Shown here piece by piece: positions 8,069 through 18,385 of a stretch of 64,000 nucleotides of DNA (position 1 is its first letter; each line of letters begins with the position of its first letter). A model generated the notes under the pieces. The model had not been told where the DNA came from and did no database searches. It saw only the letters and a list, made by a program, of their open reading frames with translations. Location: the NCBI GenBank assembly GCA_964558935.1, contig CAZLFP010000005.1:20667-84666 (forward strand), in the 5' to 3' direction. The translations under genes and the position numbers were made by a program. Source of the DNA: an uncultured Gammaproteobacteria bacterium. GTDB taxonomy: Bacteria > Patescibacteriota > Patescibacteriia > 2-01-FULL-39-33.

Positions 8069-9973
8069 TTATTCTATAATTTCTTGAGTTGAACTGGCTG
8101 TTTTTTCAGATAATTCTGCCACTCCGATTAAACACACTTCTTGCCAGGGTCGATAATTGGTGGTAAAAGTTTGTTTTTTTTCTGTGCCGTCCGTCAGGGT
8201 AACCAAATAATCAAATGAAGCTGAAACGCCGTGGTGAGCTGCTTCCGTACATTTTTTTTCATCGACGGGTAAATCCAAAGTTTCAATATACTTAGTAGGC
8301 GGCGGAGCAGTCCAGCCCCAAGTCACCGGCTTAGTTCGGCTGGCAAGTCTGCCATCTGAAGTTCCCCAGAAATCAAAATACAGATTGTAGCCATCGATTC
8401 GGTATTGGATTAAAACATAGTGACCGGTGTCATTTAAGAATCTGACATCCGGCTTGGGAATATAAATGGTAGCATCAGTGCCGGGTAGTCCATCTTCCAG
8501 GTAATATGAGACACTGTAGCCATGACCTCGTCTCTCGGTGATGGGCAGACCGGAAGCCATGGCTGCTCTAAAAAGAGTGGTGCCAATCTGGCATAATCCT
8601 CCGCCATATTCCGGTTTGGTCTCATTGCCCTTAATTACCAGTTCTGGCAGATAACCGCCACTAGCGTCAACGGGGATTAGTTTTTCAACCAGAGAGAAAT
8701 CTTCACCCGGTTCAACCAATACGCCTTGCAGTTTGTTGGCCCCTGTTTTTATATTATGAATACGGTTATATGAACTGCCCCAAAAATTAGAATGGCCGGT
8801 GCCAATAATTTCTTTAATGCCTAAATCATTGATTTCTTCTGTTAAGATGTCTGGGTACAAAGTCTCAACCACAACCTGAGTGGTTAAGTGTTGTTTGGCT
8901 AGATTATTGTTCATAGCCATATAGGTTGCCCTGACATCAACGGCCAGGCCTGTTTGGTGAACTTCAAACTCGGTAACTTTACCGTTGTGCATAATTAAAC
9001 TGGCATCTTGGGGAGCTTGATTGATGTCAAGTATAGTAGCCTCAGCCCAGGCTGTAAATGAGGCCTCATTCATACCCACAAAGATTTCAGCTGTGTCTTG
9101 CTTTTGGAATTCCAACATCTTGGCCAAGTCGGTTGTGTTTATTTCCCAAGTTTGATCCTGATAGATAAGTTTAGGGGAGCTGGTATTAAGCAGCCAATTA
9201 ACCAAATCCAGTTTGTCTTGTACCTGGTTTTGAGTTATTTCTGGTTGACTAATCGTCTGAGAAAGCTTAACCGGGGATGAATCCAGATTCTGCAATCTGT
9301 TTTTAACGGCTTCAATGGCTTGGTGGTAGTTAATGATATGGCCGGTTGTAGCGGGTTCCAGTTCTACGGTAAATTCTTCTGCCTGCCAGGTAATTTTGGG
9401 TCTGGCATTGTGACCATCTTGTTCCAAGTGTTTGAATTGTTTAACCAACAATTCTTTGAGGTAAGCTTCATTTAAGTCATAGTGGTTGGTAAAAGAGTGG
9501 TTAGACAGTAAGATATCCCATTGCTTGGGTATATTTTGCCACAAACTGCCTTCCCGACCATAACTGTAGGCTTGGTAAATCGTTTCGTAAATGTCAAAAG
9601 TGTACAGTTCACGAGATAGATCCGGATCTTCCAAACCACTGACGACCGGAGTTAGAGTCAAATAGTTATCTGGATCATATTGCACTTTAACCCCTTGTTC
9701 TTTAAAAGCTTGAGTGGTTTGTTCCATCAGTTCAATGGCTTGGGAAATGGTCAAACCTTCCAAACTTAAATTGCCCAACCGACTGCCTGGATAGAATTTG
9801 TCGTGGTATTTGATTTCAAACAGAATGATTATGGAAGCTAAAAAAGCCAGAATGACTAAAACAGCGACTAAGATAGTTATCATTAGCCACTGTAGATGGT
9901 TGATCTTGGGTTGATTTGGTTGTCTCAGACATTTAATTGCTGCAACCAAACGCTGGAATTTATCCTTGATCAT
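8069..9973 (-). CDS. VanW family protein with peptidoglycan-binding (PG_binding_4-like) region
   Basis: N-terminal TM; NRIHNI..L.GVLVEPGEDFS, GGGLCQIGTTLFRA, ERRGH, PGTDAT. Confidence 0.85.
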   Translation of the reverse strand: MIKDKFQRLVAAIKCLRQPNQPKINHLQWLMITILVAVLVILAFLASIIILFEIKYHDKFYPGSRLGNLSLEGLTISQAIELMEQTTQAFKEQGVKVQYDPDNYLTLTPVVSGLEDPDLSRELYTFDIYETIYQAYSYGREGSLWQNIPKQWDILLSNHSFTNHYDLNEAYLKELLVKQFKHLEQDGHNARPKITWQAEEFTVELEPATTGHIINYHQAIEAVKNRLQNLDSSPVKLSQTISQPEITQNQVQDKLDLVNWLLNTSSPKLIYQDQTWEINTTDLAKMLEFQKQDTAEIFVGMNEASFTAWAEATILDINQAPQDASLIMHNGKVTEFEVHQTGLAVDVRATYMAMNNNLAKQHLTTQVVVETLYPDILTEEINDLGIKEIIGTGHSNFWGSSYNRIHNIKTGANKLQGVLVEPGEDFSLVEKLIPVDASGGYLPELVIKGNETKPEYGGGLCQIGTTLFRAAMASGLPITERRGHGYSVSYYLEDGLPGTDATIYIPKPDVRFLNDTGHYVLIQYRIDGYNLYFDFWGTSDGRLASRTKPVTWGWTAPPPTKYIETLDLPVDEKKCTEAAHHGVSASFDYLVTLTDGTEKKQTFTTNYRPWQEVCLIGVAELSEKTASSTQEIIE

Positions 9974-10178
9974 CAGTTTTGAGTATTTGATTCAACATGG
10001 CTTTGGCGGTTGCTTGGGTGTCCTTTTCTGGAGATAGCATTAACCAAACAGAACTGCCAACAGTATATTTGGGATCAAAATCTTGAGCTGGCCAGTTGAG
10101 AGTTTGATTATCTGCTGTTTTAATGACAACCTGATTATTACTGATTCGCTCAATTTTAGCCGGTATGCTTCTAGTCAT
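9960..10178 (-). CDS. Small hypothetical protein (DUF3006-like pattern)
   Basis: Overlaps both neighbours in operon fashion; ends with AKAMLNQIL helix. Confidence 0.6.
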   Translation of the reverse strand: MTRSIPAKIERISNNQVVIKTADNQTLNWPAQDFDPKYTVGSSVWLMLSPEKDTQATAKAMLNQILKTDDQG

Positions 10179-10623
10179 CTAATCTGGTTACTTTAATGCT
10201 GGTAGTCTTGTATTTCTTAGGCAGGGTGATGGTTAAAATGCCATTCTTGAGACTGGCCTCAATTTGAGTTTGGTTAATTTCTTGAGGCAGGACAATGGAA
10301 CGGGAAAAAACACCCCAATAGATCTCTCTGGCAAAATAGTCTTCGTCCATAATTTCCTGTTTATCATCTCGAATACCCCGAATGGTGAGCAAGTCTCCAT
10401 TGATGGAGATATCTAAATCTTCCGGTTCGACTCCCGCCATGGCGGTTTTGATGTAGATATTATCCTTGTCTTGGTAGACATCACATGACAACTGTCCTTC
10501 TTCGGCTAAAAAGGTGGGTTCGTAATCTGCTTGTTCATCATTGTAAAAAGCCAAAAAATCAGCTGCTTTTTGGTCTGTCTTAATCGGTACGTTTTTACCT
10601 GATGATTTTTTGTTAGCGGGCAT
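10171..10623 (-). CDS. Hsp20/alpha-crystallin small heat-shock protein
   Basis: DVYQ..AGVEPEDLDISI..LTIRG..WGVFSRSIVLP..ASLKNGILTITLPK. Confidence 0.9.
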   Translation of the reverse strand: MPANKKSSGKNVPIKTDQKAADFLAFYNDEQADYEPTFLAEEGQLSCDVYQDKDNIYIKTAMAGVEPEDLDISINGDLLTIRGIRDDKQEIMDEDYFAREIYWGVFSRSIVLPQEINQTQIEASLKNGILTITLPKKYKTTSIKVTRLDD

Positions 10624-10741
10624 ACATTCAAATATTGTATTTGATTACATTATATATAAAAAAAAGCGATTTGGCAATCATGAGATTGTTTAATTATCCT
10701 GGGTTAAGCTACTGTTTAGAGATGAGGGGGGGGGTGGTTTG

Positions 10742-12256
10742 CTATTGTCCGAGAATCATCACGATATCTGCAGCTGAACTGATATTGGACGGTACGATTT
10801 CAACCACTTTGGCTGAGTAAGTTTTTTGTAAGTAGTTTAAAGTGTTGGGGTATTGACCTTGAGACAAATCGTAGATCAGGGTTTGAGTGTAGTTGTGGTT
10901 GTCCGCATTGTCGACAGACACAACATTGATGCCACTGGTTTGCAAGTCATCTCTCACTTGACCGGCCCAACCATTGATCCAAGTACCATTTCTAATGTCT
11001 AAACTAGCTTGTTCCGTTTGGTAATCTGCCTCTTCAGACAGTGGTAGACTGTTGTCTGTCTCTTGTTCCGGTTCAACTTCCTCTTCAGGTTCTTCTTCCT
11101 CTTCCGGCTCTTCTTCATGTTCTTCTGGTGTGTAAGCATACAAAGCTTCATTGCTTTGGTTGACTAAGTCGGTAATTTCAGCTGTAAAAATATTCTGCCA
11201 TAATGTTTTAATGGCTGAAAAATTTTGATCATCCGGCAACAGAACATAGGCACCGTCAATGATTTGAGGATAGAGTAAGCCATCTGGTCCGTCAGATAAA
11301 GTGTGGTTAATAATGGTCGAAGTATCGATATCTTCCGCTAGATTGGTTAGTTTCAAAATCTCCCAGATTTCCACATTGGTATTAATATGCTGATTATAGG
11401 CAGAGAGTAAGCTGTTGATTCTTTTGGGGTTAAGCAAGGTGTTGACGCTGAAGACTTTGTCCTTTAAGGCAGCAATGATCTTTTGTTGTCTTTTTGATCG
11501 TGCAAAATCAGAACCTTCAATACCCAAAGCATGTCGGCTTCTGGCATACTTTAAGGCTAATTCACCATTCATATGCTGTTGTCCGGCTTTGATGTACAAA
11601 GTCTCGTAGCGGTTTTCAATCGGGTAAACATCTTCTTTGCCTCGTATGGGATATTGTTTATCTATTAGGTCACGGTCCACTTCCACATCCACGCCGCCGA
11701 ATTCATCAATTATTTTTTCAAAACCGCTGAAATCAATGACAGTGTAGTAGTGGATATCCGTTTCCAACAGTTGACTTAGAGTTTCAGCCATAACCCGGCC
11801 TCCGCTCAAATCCTGGTTAGCTTCAGCATAGGCATGTACAGCATTGATTTTCATCCAGCCGTAGTTATCTGTAGGAATGCTTAAATCTCTGGGCAGTGAC
11901 AGCATGGCCACTTGTTTGGTGCTGGGCTGGAAAGTACCCAAGATAATGGTATCTGCTAAAGTCCCGCCTTCATGATACTTACCGCCTATGCCAATAATTA
12001 AAAGATTAATTCTGTCATCTGCTTCTCCGACCAGCAGTTTATCATGAGATCTCATGAGCTTGCCCATTTGTTGAAACAGGTTTAATTTAGCCAAATTTGA
12101 AACCAAACCCTCACCGGAAAAAATAACTGATGAAGAAAAAACCGATAAAAAAATAATAACTACTATGGTGATGCCTAGAGTTATTCTGGTCCATTTATAT
12201 TGTCGAGGAGTTTGATGAGGTAAATCCGGCAAAAGGTCAATATCAATCTTGGGCAT
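10742..12256 (-). CDS. LytR-CpsA-Psr (LCP) family protein with LytR_C domain
   Basis: INLLIIGIG, LADTII, LSLPRDL, KINA, ALKYARSRH, SDFARSKRQQ; C-terminal IRNGT..GWA..ADIVMILG; ATG 12256. Confidence 0.9.
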   Translation of the reverse strand: MPKIDIDLLPDLPHQTPRQYKWTRITLGITIVVIIFLSVFSSSVIFSGEGLVSNLAKLNLFQQMGKLMRSHDKLLVGEADDRINLLIIGIGGKYHEGGTLADTIILGTFQPSTKQVAMLSLPRDLSIPTDNYGWMKINAVHAYAEANQDLSGGRVMAETLSQLLETDIHYYTVIDFSGFEKIIDEFGGVDVEVDRDLIDKQYPIRGKEDVYPIENRYETLYIKAGQQHMNGELALKYARSRHALGIEGSDFARSKRQQKIIAALKDKVFSVNTLLNPKRINSLLSAYNQHINTNVEIWEILKLTNLAEDIDTSTIINHTLSDGPDGLLYPQIIDGAYVLLPDDQNFSAIKTLWQNIFTAEITDLVNQSNEALYAYTPEEHEEEPEEEEEPEEEVEPEQETDNSLPLSEEADYQTEQASLDIRNGTWINGWAGQVRDDLQTSGINVVSVDNADNHNYTQTLIYDLSQGQYPNTLNYLQKTYSAKVVEIVPSNISSAADIVMILGQ

Positions 12257-12467
12257 TGCAGTGCTTGGATAATGAATAATCAACAACTTTAGTTATTATA
12301 GCTAACTACTTGAAATTTTACAATCATTTATGTTATAACAAAGATTTTTATTTGCCAAAATTAGATTTTAGTGCTATCATAAAAGATAATAATATGTCAA
12401 AATGGGGATTAAGTTAAGAGTATGATTTAATCTTGTTTGAGTATTATTTTAACTAATTTAAGGCAAT

Positions 12468-13103
12468 ATGATTAAAGGTTTAGATAACCAACCAGATCCT
12501 GACTTTGATGTCTACGCAAGTCAGGCAGGAAAACCTTCCAAATGGCAGATCTTTTGGGGTTTGATAGTGGAAATGATCAAAGTTGTGGTGATTTCTCTGA
12601 TGATTGTGCTGCCGGTCAGATACTTCTTAATTCAACCTTTTTATGTTAAAGGCGCATCTATGGAGCCTAATTTTTATGATCATGAATATTTAATCATTGA
12701 TGAAATTACTTACCGATTTGATGAACCCAAAAGGGGAGATATTGTGGTGTTTAAATATCCCAAAGATCCCAGGCAGTTTTTTATTAAACGAGTGGTTGGA
12801 TTACCCGGTGAAACAGTGAAAATCGATAATGGGCTGGTTTTTATCGACAGTCCAAATGGCTATGAGCCATTGCAAGAAAACTATTTGTTGGACGAGATCG
12901 AAACTTTGATGCCGCTGAAGGGCTACAGCCAGGTCAGATTGGCTCAAGATGAATATTTTCTCTTGGGAGATAACCGAGAACAGTCTTTTGACAGCCGAGC
13001 TTTTGGGCCGGTTAAAAGAGAGTTTATTGTCGGTCGTACCTGGTTGCGTGGTTGGCCGGTTAATCGGTTGACCGTTTTTAACACTCCTGAGTATAACCTA
13101 TAA
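12468..13103 (+). CDS. lepB: Signal peptidase I
   Basis: QPFYVKGASMEPN (Ser), FFIKRVVGLPGE (Lys), LLGDNREQSFDSR. Confidence 0.93.
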   Translation: MIKGLDNQPDPDFDVYASQAGKPSKWQIFWGLIVEMIKVVVISLMIVLPVRYFLIQPFYVKGASMEPNFYDHEYLIIDEITYRFDEPKRGDIVVFKYPKDPRQFFIKRVVGLPGETVKIDNGLVFIDSPNGYEPLQENYLLDEIETLMPLKGYSQVRLAQDEYFLLGDNREQSFDSRAFGPVKREFIVGRTWLRGWPVNRLTVFNTPEYNL

Positions 13104-13106
13104 CTT

Positions 13107-14504
13107 ATGCCTAGACCCAAAAAAACAACAGCGGCTAAACCGGCTGCTTCCAAAAGAATAAAGAAAAAAGCTGCTAAGCAACTGGCGACTGTAACTGGCA
13201 TGAGAGACATTCTGCCTCAAGATCAGCAACAGTGGCAATATATTCGACAAGCGGCTCAAAATATGGCTTATGCCTATGGCTATGGCAGAATAGATACTCC
13301 GATTCTAGAGAATGTGGAAGTCTTTGCACGAGGAGTGGGTAAACAAACAGATATTGTGGAAAAAGAAATGTTCTCTTTTGTGGATCAGGGTGGAGATCAT
13401 TTAAGTTTAAGACCTGAAGCCACAGCTTCGGTGGTCAGAGCATATATTCAGCATGGCATGTTGAATTTACCGCAACCGGTCAAATTCTTTTACATGGGTC
13501 CCATGTTCCGACATGAAAAGCCCCAGTCCGGTCGATATCGTCAATTTTACCAATTAGGCTTTGAAGCGATCGGTGAAAGTAATCCGGCTTTAGACTCTCA
13601 ACTTATTCTGTTGGGCTTTAATATTCTAGATGACTTAGGTTTGGATACTGTGATTCAGATCAACAGTTTGGGTTGTCCAGACTGCCGTGAAGAGTATCGC
13701 AAGGAACTGGTTAAATATTACAAGAGCAAATCCAAATTGTTATGCAACACTTGTAAAAACAGATTAACCAAGAATCCGATGCGGCTTTTGGATTGCAAGG
13801 AAGAACAGTGCCAAGCTTTAAGAGATGAAGCTCCTCAAATTTTAGATTTTCTAGATGATGAATGTAAGAATCATTTCATGAAAGTAATTGAATACTTGGA
13901 TGAATTGGATTTACCCTACGCCTTAAATCCATATATCGTCAGAGGTTTAGATTATTACACCAAAACCATCTTTGAATTCTGGTCAGTGGACGATGAGGTC
14001 GGTAAAAGCGCTTTAGGCGGTGGTGGTAGATATGATGATTTGGTTGAGATTATGGGCGGTAGGGAACATACTCCGGCTTGCGGTTTGGCTTTAGGAATCG
14101 ACAGATTGGTGGCCAAACTGAGAGAAAAGGATTTGCAAGTGCCGGAAGTATACCAGCCAGATGTGTTTTTGGCTCAATTGGGTGATGCCGCTAAAAAGAA
14201 AACTTTGGTTTTGTATGAAAGATTGAGAAAGAAAGGCATTAAAGTGTCTCAAGCTTTTTACAAAGATGGCTTAAAAGGTCAACTGAATTTAGCTAACAAG
14301 TTAAAGGTTAAATTCACTCTGATCTTAGGCCAGAAAGAAGTCGGGGACGGTACGATTTTGCTCAGAGACATGGAAGGCGGAGTTCAGGAAGTTATAGATT
14401 ATTCCAAGGTTGAGAAAATAATTCAAAAAAGGTTGGAAAAGTATCGGGAAAGCGAAACATTGGTGTCAGACGAGGACCAACCTGTTGAAGATAATAATAA
14501 ATAA
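13107..14504 (+). CDS. hisS: Histidyl-tRNA synthetase
   Basis: GMRD, LRPEATAS, FRHEKPQSGRYRQF, VRGLDYY, GGGRYD. Confidence 0.97.
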   Translation: MPRPKKTTAAKPAASKRIKKKAAKQLATVTGMRDILPQDQQQWQYIRQAAQNMAYAYGYGRIDTPILENVEVFARGVGKQTDIVEKEMFSFVDQGGDHLSLRPEATASVVRAYIQHGMLNLPQPVKFFYMGPMFRHEKPQSGRYRQFYQLGFEAIGESNPALDSQLILLGFNILDDLGLDTVIQINSLGCPDCREEYRKELVKYYKSKSKLLCNTCKNRLTKNPMRLLDCKEEQCQALRDEAPQILDFLDDECKNHFMKVIEYLDELDLPYALNPYIVRGLDYYTKTIFEFWSVDDEVGKSALGGGGRYDDLVEIMGGREHTPACGLALGIDRLVAKLREKDLQVPEVYQPDVFLAQLGDAAKKKTLVLYERLRKKGIKVSQAFYKDGLKGQLNLANKLKVKFTLILGQKEVGDGTILLRDMEGGVQEVIDYSKVEKIIQKRLEKYRESETLVSDEDQPVEDNNK

Positions 14505-14518
14505 AAACTATAGAAAGC

Positions 14519-14525
14519 GAGGTGA
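14519..14525 (+). promoter_or_regulatory. Strong Shine-Dalgarno of rpsU
   Basis: GAGGTGA 5 nt upstream of in-frame GTG 14531. Confidence 0.6.
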
Positions 14526-14530
14526 ATTTT

Positions 14531-14764
14531 GTGGCTGAAGTTAAGCGTAAAAAAGGTGAAACCTTTGAATCATTAGTGAGAAGATTTAACAAAAAAATTC
14601 AACAAAGCGGTAGACTGCTTCAAACCAGAAAGATTCGGTATTACGAAGCTAAGAAGAATAAAACCGCTGTCAGATCAGCGGCTGCCAGACGAGACGAGAT
14701 CAGTAAAAAAAGAGATTATCTCAAAAAGATTGGCAAGCTGGTTGAAGAACCAAGACGTAATTAA
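14531..14764 (+). CDS. rpsU: 30S ribosomal protein bS21
   Basis: VKRKKGETFESLVRRFNKKIQQSG..RYYE; lies next to yqeY; GTG start chosen from SD spacing. Confidence 0.85.
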   Translation: MAEVKRKKGETFESLVRRFNKKIQQSGRLLQTRKIRYYEAKKNKTAVRSAAARRDEISKKRDYLKKIGKLVEEPRRN

Positions 14765-14769
14765 TCATC

Positions 14770-15228
14770 ATGTCTTTAGAAAAACAGATTAATACTGAAT
14801 TAGTCCAAGCATTGAAAGATAAGGCAGAACTCAAGCTGTCTGTGTTGAGAATGGTGAGAGCTGCTTTAATCAACAAAAAAGTAGAGCAGAAGATGGATAA
14901 GTCTCAAGAATTGGATGACCAAGCAGTGATCGCGGTCTTAAAATCTGAAGTTAAAAAACGACAAGACTCTATTGCATCCTATCGTGAAGCCGACAGAATG
15001 GATTTGGTGGATAAAGAACAACAAGAAGTTGAAGTCATTCAAAACTATCTGCCGGCTCAGATGTCAGAGCAAGCTTTGCAGACCATGATACAACAAACCA
15101 TTCAAGAACAGGGAGCAAGTAGTCCGGCCGACTTTGGCAAGGTTATGGGAGCCGTTATGGCCAAGACTCAAGGCCAAGCGGACGGACAAACGGTCTCAGC
15201 TTTGGTAAAACAGTTATTAAGTCAATAA
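14770..15228 (+). CDS. yqeY: GatB/YqeY domain protein
   Basis: LSVLRM..KKRQDSI..YLPAQMS..DFGKVMG..GQADG. Confidence 0.9.
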   Translation: MSLEKQINTELVQALKDKAELKLSVLRMVRAALINKKVEQKMDKSQELDDQAVIAVLKSEVKKRQDSIASYREADRMDLVDKEQQEVEVIQNYLPAQMSEQALQTMIQQTIQEQGASSPADFGKVMGAVMAKTQGQADGQTVSALVKQLLSQ

Positions 15229-15243
15229 TGATAATTTAAATTT

Positions 15244-18200
15244 ATGTTTTTAAAACGCCTTTTTCCCGTGCAAAGGTCGTTAAAAACTACCAAAAAAGTA
15301 ATGGCAGTTTGTCTTTTGGTGGTTTTTTTGTTTCTTACCCTGGGCTTGCCAGTGGTTTTAGCGCAAGGTACACCCGGTGATCCGTATGGCTTGCAAGCGA
15401 TTGAGGAAGACACGGTTTTTGCCCCGACTAATTTAATCGTCATTATTGCCAACTTAATTCGAATCTTCCTGGGTTTGTTGGGCATGATTGCGGTGTTGTT
15501 AATGCTGTACGCCGGTTATCTGTGGATGACGGCTGCCGGCAATCCCGAACAGGTTCAGAAAGCTCAGAGAATTATTAAGCAAACGACAGTTGGTATTATC
15601 ATTATCTTATCTGCTTTTGCAATTGTCACTTTTGTCTTGGGTATTTTTGGGGGCGGTACCACCACACCGGGAGAGAGGCCGATTCCCACTCCTCGGCCAC
15701 CTCTAACCCCTTGGGGTATTGGCAAGGGACCGATTGAGGATGTTTATCCTCGACCCGGACAAGATGATGTACCGATTAATACGGCGATTGTAGTCACGTT
15801 TAAGGATGCGATAAATGCAACTACCATTTGTAATGTCACGGGAGATAGTAGTTGTGACGGTGAAATAATGAAGAATGTTGAAATTTGCATGTTAGATGAG
15901 AATAATCAATGTGTGGATTCTGTTCATCCGGAAAATCAGTTTCAGGCTACAAATTTTGCAAATACAACAGTGACACAAACGGGTGACGGACGAACTTTCG
16001 TCTTTAACGTAGCTGCCGGTGGTAAGTATTTGGGTGTGGAAGACGGACGTGAGCGACCTTTCCAGGTAACGCTTAAAAATGGCATTCAAAACACGGCCGG
16101 TGAGGATATTTTCAGCGGTTTAGCCGGCAACCAGTTCGCCTGGAATTTTGAAACCAACGGTAATTTGGATTTGGATCCCCCGGAAATAGTGGCTTTTGAT
16201 CTGTATCCCGGTTTAGATACTGCACAAGATATTTATACAGAAGCCTCTCCCGCCACCAGAGCTCAGACCACTTTAGCTTTTTCTGGGGCACCGCAGGCCA
16301 ACCAAGCCGCCAAAGTGAATGGCGTGCCGTATACGAGTAGTAATTTTAGTCAAACTTTAACTCAAACAACACAGATACCGGGTGCGACTGTTTATTTTAG
16401 AAGTAATGCCGGTTTTAGCATTAACACGGGTGGTACAGATACGGTGACAGTAACGGTGACGGCCGGTAGTGCGACTAACCCTGAGACAGGCATTGCTGAG
16501 CAAGTCGAAATTTCTGTAGCTGGTAGCTTTTTAACGTTAAATGTTAGTAGTAATCGGGTGGTCTTGTCTGAAGGCAATAGTATTTTTTCCGGTGCCTACT
16601 TGGAAGGAAATTTTCAAGCTGGCGGAAGCTGGACTTTTCAGGCCACTCCGGCTGTTCAGGGAGACAGGATAACCATAGATAACGAAGATCGCTTTATTTT
16701 TGTGGAAGCGACTGAAAATCGGTCCAGTCTTCAAATCAATGATCAATCTTACGTGACTGTCAAAGCTACAGACACTGCTGGCAATCCCAGATATTTGGGG
16801 AATTTGGCTGCAGCTATTGCTAATCAAACCAGATTAGCAACTCGTGTAGATGGCAGTAGTGTGGTTGTAACCGCTCCGAATACTGGAGCAGGTGAGATTA
16901 GCGTTAGTCATGATGTTGTAGGTTTAACAGTAACGCCAACTCCAGGCACTGAGCGAGTGATTAACCAGCGAACTGTTGGACAACGAGATTTGCCTAGAAA
17001 CCATTTCTTTCAGATTAATTTCAATGAACCGGTTAACCCTGTATTTTTAGATGGAAACATTATAGTTACCATCAATGGAACTCCAGTTAGTGATGTTAGA
17101 TTGGAGTATTCCAATAATTACAAAACAATTGAAGTCTTACCTCCAGAGACAAACAAATGCGGCGTCAGCAACTGTGGTCGAGATATCTATTGCTGGATTT
17201 TAAGTCCACAACAAGATGCTTACCCGGCTTCAGTGGAAATCAAAGCAGCGGTTTTACAAACCCAAGCAGTTCTCGATGCAAATAATTTATGTTCAGATTG
17301 GGGAGGTTCGGTTGATACTTATGGCAGATGCTCGCGTAAGGTGGATTTGGAGTGTGCTGCCGATTGTGAAATGATCTACTATCCATTAGCCTCCTACACC
17401 GCTCCAGACGGTGTGGTGGACTTGGCTTTTAATTCATTTAACGGCAGTTTCAATACTTATGAGGATTATGATTTGGCTAAGACGGTTGGTATTGCCGAGG
17501 GTCAGTCTTGTGATAATTGCGTGGAAAACAGTAATGATGGAAAATCTGGTCGGAATGCTTATATGTTAAAATACAACCCCAACTACACTCCGTTGACTAA
17601 TAATATGAAAAATGAAAGCGGAGGGAGCGCTTATTACGGAGACAATTTCCAGTGGTCATTTTATATTTCTTCATTACTGGATAAGGAAGCCCCACTGATT
17701 ACTTCTGTGACTCCGTTATTGGGCGGAGAAAGCGATTTTAGAGATGAACCCATTGCTATTAATTTTAACAAAGTTATGCGCAGCCGGACCTTAAGACCTG
17801 GCTGGGATAAAGACACTGAACATCGGTATTTGGTGGTCGAAACGGTTTCAGCCGGTGCCCAATCTTTGGGCTATTGGATTAGTAAGTATAATCTGGATAC
17901 GGATGCGGATGATTTGGCGGATGAGACGCGGGTGGAAATTGAACATACTCCTTATGCAGTGGCTACAGAATATGCCAGTTTAGCCGGGTCTGGTTTGGAG
18001 TCCATTGGTCAGAATTGTTTTAAGCCGGGAGCCGGTCCCAAAGATACCAGTAATAATTGCCAATATAATCCTAGCGGTGGTTTATATCAGGGTTGTGTGG
18101 CGGTGAATGAAAGTAATCCGTCCTCCTATGGCCATTGGAATTGCGCTGATGTGGCTGGCTTGGTGGAAGGTGTTGAAATATGTGCAGCCAATGAAATCTG

Positions 18201-18354
18201 CGAACCGTTTGATGAAACTGGAGATGGTAGCTATGGTGGTAGCTGGATTATTACTTTAGATGCAGGGTGGAGAACAACTAATACCACCTGTAGTGATGAT
18301 ACTGACAGCTGCCAGGGCTGTTGCTTTGGTCGATGTGTGGCCAGTGGATCATAA
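15244..18354 (+). CDS. Large surface protein: VirB2/TrbC-like pilin N-terminus, Big_5-type Ig-like domains and Cys-rich segments
   Basis: Signal-like N-terminus; IFLGLLGMIAV..YAGYLWMTAAGNPEQVQKA..GIIIILSAFAIV; Ig-like P..DVPINTAIVVTF, INFNEPV, INFNKVM. Confidence 0.8.
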   Translation: MFLKRLFPVQRSLKTTKKVMAVCLLVVFLFLTLGLPVVLAQGTPGDPYGLQAIEEDTVFAPTNLIVIIANLIRIFLGLLGMIAVLLMLYAGYLWMTAAGNPEQVQKAQRIIKQTTVGIIIILSAFAIVTFVLGIFGGGTTTPGERPIPTPRPPLTPWGIGKGPIEDVYPRPGQDDVPINTAIVVTFKDAINATTICNVTGDSSCDGEIMKNVEICMLDENNQCVDSVHPENQFQATNFANTTVTQTGDGRTFVFNVAAGGKYLGVEDGRERPFQVTLKNGIQNTAGEDIFSGLAGNQFAWNFETNGNLDLDPPEIVAFDLYPGLDTAQDIYTEASPATRAQTTLAFSGAPQANQAAKVNGVPYTSSNFSQTLTQTTQIPGATVYFRSNAGFSINTGGTDTVTVTVTAGSATNPETGIAEQVEISVAGSFLTLNVSSNRVVLSEGNSIFSGAYLEGNFQAGGSWTFQATPAVQGDRITIDNEDRFIFVEATENRSSLQINDQSYVTVKATDTAGNPRYLGNLAAAIANQTRLATRVDGSSVVVTAPNTGAGEISVSHDVVGLTVTPTPGTERVINQRTVGQRDLPRNHFFQINFNEPVNPVFLDGNIIVTINGTPVSDVRLEYSNNYKTIEVLPPETNKCGVSNCGRDIYCWILSPQQDAYPASVEIKAAVLQTQAVLDANNLCSDWGGSVDTYGRCSRKVDLECAADCEMIYYPLASYTAPDGVVDLAFNSFNGSFNTYEDYDLAKTVGIAEGQSCDNCVENSNDGKSGRNAYMLKYNPNYTPLTNNMKNESGGSAYYGDNFQWSFYISSLLDKEAPLITSVTPLLGGESDFRDEPIAINFNKVMRSRTLRPGWDKDTEHRYLVVETVSAGAQSLGYWISKYNLDTDADDLADETRVEIEHTPYAVATEYASLAGSGLESIGQNCFKPGAGPKDTSNNCQYNPSGGLYQGCVAVNESNPSSYGHWNCADVAGLVEGVEICAANEICEPFDETGDGSYGGSWIITLDAGWRTTNTTCSDDTDSCQGCCFGRCVASGS

Positions 18355-18385
18355 TAAGCAAGTAATTATATATACTTAATTTGGA

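Noticed and set aside
10726-10734. G9 homopolymer as a phase-variation tract
   Set aside because: Intergenic, just past the LCP stop, and not within a recognisable promoter spacer
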